DNA of 63,478 nucleotides, counting the filler, from Stramenopiles sp. TOSAG23-6 (lineage: Eukaryota), in assembly GCA_900128565.1 (NCBI GenBank). It is 8 parts of 8 records of this genome, joined end to end, with 100 filler letters (N's around TTAATTAATTAA, not from the genome) between each part and the next. Parts side by side here need not be neighbours in the genome. Positions count along the whole stretch, not along the records: positions 53,534 to 62,278 come from LT636416.1; positions 62,379 to 63,478 come from LT639726.1; 6 more parts are not named here. One strand, given 5' to 3'. The notes beneath the pieces were generated by a model. It saw only the letters and a list, made by a program, of their open reading frames with translations. It did no database searches and was not told the origin of the DNA. Made by a program: the position numbers and the translations under genes. Of this stretch, positions 56,405-63,478 are shown piece by piece (within the stretch, counting starts at the first letter, position 1; each line of letters begins with the position of its first letter).

Positions 56405-56873
56405 CTATGAAATTTAATTTTTTTAAATGGTATTATAAAGTATTTTTCAGTCAATTTCGGATTTCTTAGATATAAAATGTTACAAAATTTTTAATGTAGT
56501 AATACATTTCAAAAAAAAATGAATTAGAATTTTGATTACTATATTTTGAATTTGCTATAATAGCTAATAATATATTCATACGTAATATAATAATATTATA
56601 ATAATTACTATTATAAATAAAACAGATCAAGTTGAGATTATTGAAGATGTTACCAAAGAAAAAGTAGTGTTGTTTTCATCATGTTTTTGTTTTTACCAAT
56701 TTCAAAATTTTTTTTTTCAAACAAACACCAAATTTTTTTTAATCAAAAAAAAAACATTTTTAAGTTCTAAAAGTTTTCTTCGCCAAGCGATATCAGAATA
56801 ATAGATTTAGATTCTTCAATAATATATTCAACTAGGCGGCGTGCGATTACTAGTATACTGATTATAGATTTTA

Positions 56874-59800
56874 ATGACATCAGCTTCAAATCAATTGGTT
56901 CGTGTCCTTTCTAAACTTCCTGGCCTTTCTAATGTCGACTATGACTTGTTGAAAACTCTCGATTGGCCTGTGCGTGTAAGGATATTAGTCACCTTGCTTG
57001 CTACCATTGGAAGACATGATGCTTCGCATCAATTAGAAGAACTTTTAACTAAAAAAATGTGGTCACATAGTCGCGCATCTCAACTTTGTTTTGATGAACT
57101 CTCAAGACTCGGTGCACATCGAGTTACAGACGGTTCCACTCCGAAAAACCTTCTCGAAGATCGTGAACGATGTGTAGCAATATTTACGTTCCTACTTCAG
57201 AAAGCACGTCTCTGGAATTTTACGAGGAAGCAAAACCATAAGAAAGAAGAAATGGGGAGGAATGCAATGTTTCATTCTGGACAACGGGTTGAAGCACTAT
57301 GGGCACAAGGACAAGATCCTCAGCATGGTAATCGGTATTTTGGTGCTAAAGTGATTGAAGTATTGGGGGAAGAAAAGTATAAACTGCAGTATGATGATGG
57401 CGGTATAGACCCAAATGTGTTGGGGTTACATATGCGTGTGTTTGCAGAACCTAGGCGAAAATCAAAATATAAAAAAAAATGTAAAAATGATTTTAAAAGT
57501 ACAAATAAAAGTGTTCAAAGTATACGAGGATCTGGGGCTAATGCTGTACAAGGATTGCATTTTAAAAGTACAAATTTAAAAAGTACAAATAAAAGTGTTC
57601 AAAGTATACCAGAATCTAAGTTAGGGTTAGACAAATTTCAAGAATCACAGAATCACTTTGATGATTCGGAAAATAAATCTTCAAGCAAAACTACAACAAA
57701 TCTTTACTGGCCCGCAGAATTACCAACAAATAAAACTAGAGAAAATATACAAACAAAAAATACAAAACATAAAACTAATAAAAACAACACAACAAAAAAT
57801 ACACGAAGTGCTAAAATAGAATTTTTTACAACCACTGAAATATCGAAAGATCATAAAAGTAGTAGGCATTGCAGTGATTCCGAAAAAGATATTCTCATTC
57901 AAAATTTAAAATCTGAGCTCTCTCAATTAAACAACTCTCATAATGCTTTATTACAAAAATTTCACTTGTATTGTGATGAAATTTCAGATGATAGAATTGA
58001 CTTTACTTATGAATCTACATTACATAGGAAATCAGAGAGGAAATCGAATATGGATAGCCCTAACCCTAATCTTAATGATGCAGAGTTGGAGAGGACATGT
58101 GGAAGGTCTGCTGCTGGTCTTTTTACTTCTATTGGAAAGCCAAAAAGACATTCAATAAAACAAAATGATACAAACAATGCAAAGAATACGTCTGGAATAA
58201 AACCAAATGTTCTCAATACTTGTACGTTTTCAAAAATGAATTTTTACCAATTTCGATTTTTTTTTCATAGATAATTTTGTACTTAACGATTTGTTTTACT
58301 AAAATTTTTGGTTTCACAATACAGCAAAGAATGATTCAATATGGAAGAAAAGATCGCTTTTATTGAGTGCACAAAATTTACAACTGAAACGTCAAATATA
58401 TTTATTGTCTACTGCAGCCACTTTGCGAGAAGATTTCGTGACGACTACAGATAATGTTTTGTGCGAAGTGGATGAAATAATTTCCAATTTAATAGAATCC
58501 AATAATGAATCATCTTTGGGAGGTCATGTTGATAATAGTTTAGGATATAACAATTTTTTATGTAAACAAAAAAAACAAAAAAAACAAAATGTTTTTCAAG
58601 ATACTACTCAAAATACTCAAAATATTCAAAATACCCAAAAAGATGAGCACAATTTTCGATCATTGCGGAATATAATGGAAAATATCAAAAGTCTTCAAGA
58701 TACTTTGCATGTATGTTTTATTTTTTTCAATTTTTTAACTAAATTTGTTTTCGTACGAAATGTTGTACCTAACAATTGTTTTTTTACGAACAAAAAATTT
58801 TTTTTTTCACAAAACATGCTTCAAAGAGAATGTCCGGACGAGCCATGGAACAAAAAATGCATGTCAATAGTTTTTCAATGTCATTTTTGAAACGCAAAAG
58901 TGGTACAACAACCTCAACAAATACTACCACTACGAGTATAAATAATACAGATGATAATTTATTAAGCGTATCTGAAATATGTAAAGGATTAAATAATATA
59001 GATACTGGCAACGAAAGTTTAGACGATGAAACATTATTTCTAGATTTGAGTAAAGTAAATCATTTAGAGCAGAACGTGATTGAGATTTGTTCACACTTGC
59101 TGAAATTATTACCAAAACTTCAATTGAGTGCAGCTGCGACACCACATCTAGTACAGACTACTGGTACATCTCGTAAAGTTGCAAGTCATGTTCAACATTT
59201 GTCTAATTGTACGCGATCTTTAGTATTAGCTCTAGGTGGTATAGGCGCTTTGTTACCATCACAGCCTAACCTTAATCTTTTATCTGATAATTCCTTGTTT
59301 CAAGCGAATTATGATGATACTAATATAGAAAGTAATGCAGAAACATTGGAATCAACATTAATGAGGATATTGTCCCAAGAACTCCCACCTTCTCGCGCAG
59401 TTGATCGATGTACCAATTTAGTACGTAAATATATCAAATCTTATGAACGATCTAATTTGTTAGTAAAGCAATCACTGTGCACTGAACTTTCCGCTTTTAG
59501 AGATACGCGCCAACTTGAAGCTGCAGTAGCACAAAGGTTAATTGCGGGTTTACGAAAAGTAAGTGATTCCCATCTTTTACAAATCTGTAGGTCAGTTAAG
59601 AAGCCTTTGGAAATAATCTCTGAATGTTTTGAAGAATATCAAATTGCACGAGATTGGCCAAAAATGAAAAATAAATCAAAAAAAACGGAAAATATTCAAA
59701 CAACTGAAATTGATCCAATATTAAAAGTGAAACAGTTTCTTGCCACTTTTGAGTCTTATGCTGATGATATTCGAAAAGCGTCCAATGAACTTCAAAAATA

Positions 59801-59951
59801 TGTGCAAAAAACGGTAAAGCATTCTGAAACATTAATTGATACTTATGATGGAGAGCGGTGTCATATTTTAGAAAATGTTTCAGAAATGTCAAAAACAAAA
59901 TATTTTGCACCAATTATACTCCAAAAAAGTGACGATGTTGATGTCAATTAA
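56874..59951 (+). CDS. Hypothetical Tudor-like/coiled-coil protein; introns 58222-58324 (GT-AG), 58711-58817 (GT-AT)
   Basis: GQRVEALW..YF.AKV......Y.LQYDDG; three ORFs join in frame. Confidence 0.7.
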
Positions 59952-60013
59952 AAAAAATAAATTTTGAAATTTAATCTTGTTCAAACATTGTATAAAAATT
60001 GTTCAGCTGTATT

Positions 60014-62278
60014 TTATAATCGAGCACATAAGATTGTCGTATCATCAATTTCTTCTAATTCGGGCCTACAACACTCATTTTGCTCTAGTTCAATGCTTGT
60101 ATCCAGGTTCTCAATATTAATATTTGTGTCGGTTATTTCCATGAGCTTCGAATGTCGCTGCTGCTTATGAATTGTATCTTTTGTAAGTATTGTAGATCGA
60201 CGGACTTTCATTTCTTTCATCTCGACACCCTTTTGAGACTTTTTTCGTGTTTTCCCATCCATTTTTTGTGTTTTCCCAAAATATTTGTACAGACATGTCA
60301 TTATTAAAAGTGAAAAAAGAACACCACAAATAATATATGGTAGAAGTGCGGGAATGGTTGGTTTCCAGGGAAATGCTGGATCGCCGAGAATGAAATTCTG
60401 CATTGGACTGCCGTCGCTATAATTTACAAGATAGGTAACACGTGTCACCTTGATATTGCCCCCATAATTCGATACTTTGAAGGGAAGAGGTGGAGTATGT
60501 GTAGCTGCTTTGTACCTGAAAAGATTACTCAGATCAACTTCATCGAAAATATTTTCCCCAATATTTTTATTGTCAGCTTCGGTTGACCAAGTAACGCTTA
60601 AACGTAACTGTACACATTTGGTGAGATGACTCTGATTCGAAGAAGAATGTACAGAGTCAATACATTTTTTAGTATTATTGACTTGCTCAATTGATGATGT
60701 TGAACTTGTGACAAATATACCCCGACCATTTGATTGTTCCTCTTCTAATCGACGAAACTTGGAATTTCGACTTGACGTAGGGTTATGTTCATTTTGTTCG
60801 GTTTTATATCTTTTCGAATATTCTTTCATCCAATGACCATTATCTGAATATTTCCACATAAAAAGTTGATCTAAACTTTTATCATACATCAAGTTATCTC
60901 CCCATTCACGTAACATTAGATATTCATCTGTAGTACTGTCATTATCGTCATCTTTAAATAACAGAGAGAAGACACATTCTGTTTTTGCAACTTCAAATTG
61001 TATAACTCCAGGTGGTAGATTTTCACAATATTTGCCATGATAACCTGTGTCACAAACACATCCACGTTTATTTTCAATACACGTCCCGTTAAAAGAGCAG
61101 TGCTTCAGTGATTCACATTCCTTTCCATTTATATCAATGTCACATTCTTCACCTTGCCAGCCATAAAAACAATCGCATTTTGTTGTGCCTTTTGCGGTTT
61201 CCGAAACAACACAACGACCATGATCTCCACACTCGATATCTTTACATAATGGACTTGACAATGGTGGTGCGATCTCGCAACGATTACCAGTATAAGCATT
61301 AGTGCAGAGACATAAACCACTTTCCGCATGACACGTGCCATTTGTTTCACAAGGAACTTCTACACAAGACTTTTTTATAGGAATATCACAATAATCACCA
61401 GTGAATCCATTCTTTGGATTGCATTTGCATTTACCTGTTATTTCATTAATACAAATTCCTCCATTCTGACATACAGATTTATTCGTTCTGTGGTTGATAC
61501 ATTTTGTGCACATCTTTCCCTCTAAAAGTTTCGTTACTTTATGCTGTAGATGATGACGCTCATGACACAAAATATCCTTGGTATCTGTAAGAGTTTTCGA
61601 AATGTTACGAAAGTGTTCTAATTGGATACAGCACGAAAGTCGATTCTTTTCAGAAACATTCGCATGATCCGAAGAATTCATGAAAGCGCAAGCACCCTCA
61701 TGTATTGTAAGGTATTGAGCCATACAAGAAAGACCACAATAATCAGAAGCAACGTCCAACATTTCTTTATATACTTTACTTTGATAGCTGGCGAATACTT
61801 TAGTGGATACATTCGGAGGAGCGCATACGCCACTTCTCTTTGTAAGTGCATCAATTTCTCTACAACAATCTTCAGAAGGGAGTGATATGCTTCGACGTTC
61901 TGTCTTTGCTTGAAGTGGTGAATAGATAACATTTGATTTGTTACACGAACCCCTTTTTAAATTTAATGCTGCTACCTTGCAACGTATATCATTTTTGCAA
62001 TAGTCGCCAGTGAAACCTTCTTTGCACTTACAAAAACATGAACCAAATTTGCCAGAAGCAACACCATTATTTTGGCAAGGTTTATTGTCTTTACCTGTGG
62101 TACAAGGTATTTGATATTCACAATGATTTCCAGTGAAACCTTTTTTGCACTTACAACAACATGAACCAAATTTACCAGAAGCTAGGCCATCATTTTGGCA
62201 AGGTTTATTGTCTTTACCTGTGCTACAAGGCAATCGATCTTCACAATAATCGCCAGTGAAACCTTCTTTGCACTTACA
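60014..62278 (-). CDS. EGF-repeat single-pass membrane protein (5'-partial)
   Basis: Many C.C..G[FY]TG..C units, near-identical 117-nt tandem repeats at the contig end, C-terminal TM. Confidence 0.85.
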   Translation of the reverse strand, partial: CKCKEGFTGDYCEDRLPCSTGKDNKPCQNDGLASGKFGSCCCKCKKGFTGNHCEYQIPCTTGKDNKPCQNNGVASGKFGSCFCKCKEGFTGDYCKNDIRCKVAALNLKRGSCNKSNVIYSPLQAKTERRSISLPSEDCCREIDALTKRSGVCAPPNVSTKVFASYQSKVYKEMLDVASDYCGLSCMAQYLTIHEGACAFMNSSDHANVSEKNRLSCCIQLEHFRNISKTLTDTKDILCHERHHLQHKVTKLLEGKMCTKCINHRTNKSVCQNGGICINEITGKCKCNPKNGFTGDYCDIPIKKSCVEVPCETNGTCHAESGLCLCTNAYTGNRCEIAPPLSSPLCKDIECGDHGRCVVSETAKGTTKCDCFYGWQGEECDIDINGKECESLKHCSFNGTCIENKRGCVCDTGYHGKYCENLPPGVIQFEVAKTECVFSLLFKDDDNDSTTDEYLMLREWGDNLMYDKSLDQLFMWKYSDNGHWMKEYSKRYKTEQNEHNPTSSRNSKFRRLEEEQSNGRGIFVTSSTSSIEQVNNTKKCIDSVHSSSNQSHLTKCVQLRLSVTWSTEADNKNIGENIFDEVDLSNLFRYKAATHTPPLPFKVSNYGGNIKVTRVTYLVNYSDGSPMQNFILGDPAFPWKPTIPALLPYIICGVLFSLLIMTCLYKYFGKTQKMDGKTRKKSQKGVEMKEMKVRRSTILTKDTIHKQQRHSKLMEITDTNINIENLDTSIELEQNECCRPELEEIDDTTILCARL

Positions 62279-62378
62279 NNNNNNNNNNNNNNNNNNNNNN
62301 NNNNNNNNNNNNNNNNNNNNNNTTAATTAATTAANNNNNNNNNNNNNNNNNNNNNNNNNNNNNNNNNNNNNNNNNNNN

Positions 62379-63096
62379 GGAACAAATAATTTTGCAATTG
62401 GTGTACGTTTATCTTTTTTTTTAATTTTTTGTCAATTTTTTCCCAACGTATTTCAATGCAATTTTTTTTTTTGTACTTTTGAAATGGTACTTTCGAAACA
62501 GTTACCATTCCAGAAAGTACAACTTGTTCTTCTTGTCTAACATATTCGTCTAATTTTGTAACTGCATCTTGCTGATTATTTGCATTTTCGTCTGTCCAAG
62601 ATAAAACTCCAGTGTTATGAAGACGGAAATAAAAAGGTTTCCAAGAATATGATAAAAACTGCTTCTTTATATTTCGCCGGAGCAAAATTCCCTGCATGAC
62701 AGGGTAAGACATATCAAAATCAAATGGACTAGATTGAGCACCACGAACCCTTTCAAAGCATACCCCCTGGTTTAAAAAAGCTCCACTCATAGCACGACGC
62801 TTGCGTTCTCCAAAAGAACGCTTACGAAGGTTAGTCTTTGCATCCTGAGACAAACTAGTTTTTAGACCCTGAGAAGTACTCGGAGATAAACCGGATTTTC
62901 TAGGTGACCAATTTTCAACGGTATCCACGTATTCATCAGATGTGTCAGATTCTTCGTCTGTTGAAGATATGGTTTGCACGGCAGGTTTTTTTTTAACGCG
63001 GCGTAAACTTTTAGAGACGACTAAACTTGTAGTCGGAGACGACGGAAATTGCTCTTTCACAGGTCGACTTTTACCACCCCACGTGAACCTTTTCAT
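62379..63096 (-). CDS. PH-domain protein (3'-partial)
   Basis: MQGILLRR......SWKPFYFRL...GVLSW. Confidence 0.7.
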
Positions 63097-63478
63097 GCCT
63101 CGAGAAGTATTACGGTAGATTAGCCAAGTTGCGATTTCTTGTAATGATCAATAGTTTTCTTTAATAGCTGTAGAAAATAATAATTAAGAAGAATGCAGCA
63201 GCTGCTGCTCTCATAAGATGGAAAAGAAAGTTTGAGCGAGCGAGCGAGTTGCGAGTGTTGTGTTTGAAAAAGTACAGGAGCCGTCGGCTAAATTATAAAT
63301 TGGATAAAATAAAATCATGCTCCAGCTGGGTGGTCCGTTAATTAAAAACAGTTGTTATGGTAGTAGCTATCCTAACGTATGTTAAGTTGTTGTAGTAGGT
63401 AGTGCTACACTACTAATACACTTATCTTACATATTCTTATTTTCGACATTATTGTAAGCTACTCTAAGATGAACTCAG

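Noticed and set aside
8876-62378. About 8.9-kb periodic TTAATTAATTAA repeat
   Set aside because: It is a synthetic six-frame stop spacer.

Overview
AT-rich, gene-dense eukaryotic nuclear DNA in the standard genetic code. It is probably from a flagellated protist; RPS5, CENH3 and Rab18 look stramenopile-like, but that is an inference. The window is not one locus. It is eight contig pieces joined by 100-nt N/TTAATTAATTAA/N spacers, and the six complete internal contigs are sorted by length (8851, 8815, 8815, 8796, 8781, 8745 nt), so nothing can be inferred across a spacer. About 35 genes or gene fragments are present, including RPS5, DENR, pantothenate kinase, a mitochondrial carrier, an ankyrin/TYW2-like protein, SPEF2-like, Ldh_2, GH31, cytosolic carboxypeptidase, kinesin, SDA1, CENH3, Rab18 and PWP1. 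The main result is one repetitive intron family (introner-like, mostly 85-170 nt) with consensus (T)|GTAYGTTTT..TTTCAA..TTCGTACGAAATTTYGTACCTAAC..TTGAAATATTTTTCCAAAATACAT|. I placed 47 complete copies by hand using reading frame and protein motifs. Only 6 end in AG; 32 end in AT (2 of these start GC), 5 in TT, 2 in GT, 1 in AA and 1 in AC. The copies have inverted termini, a central palindrome fused to the branch site, and short direct repeats copying the upstream exon end. They coexist with ordinary GTAAGT..CAG introns. Secondary signals are nucleosome-sized exons between copies, antisense core fragments and TTAGGG repeats inside exons, and a promoter module shared by RPS5, SDA1 and PWP1. All splice junctions are inferred from DNA only and need RNA confirmation.
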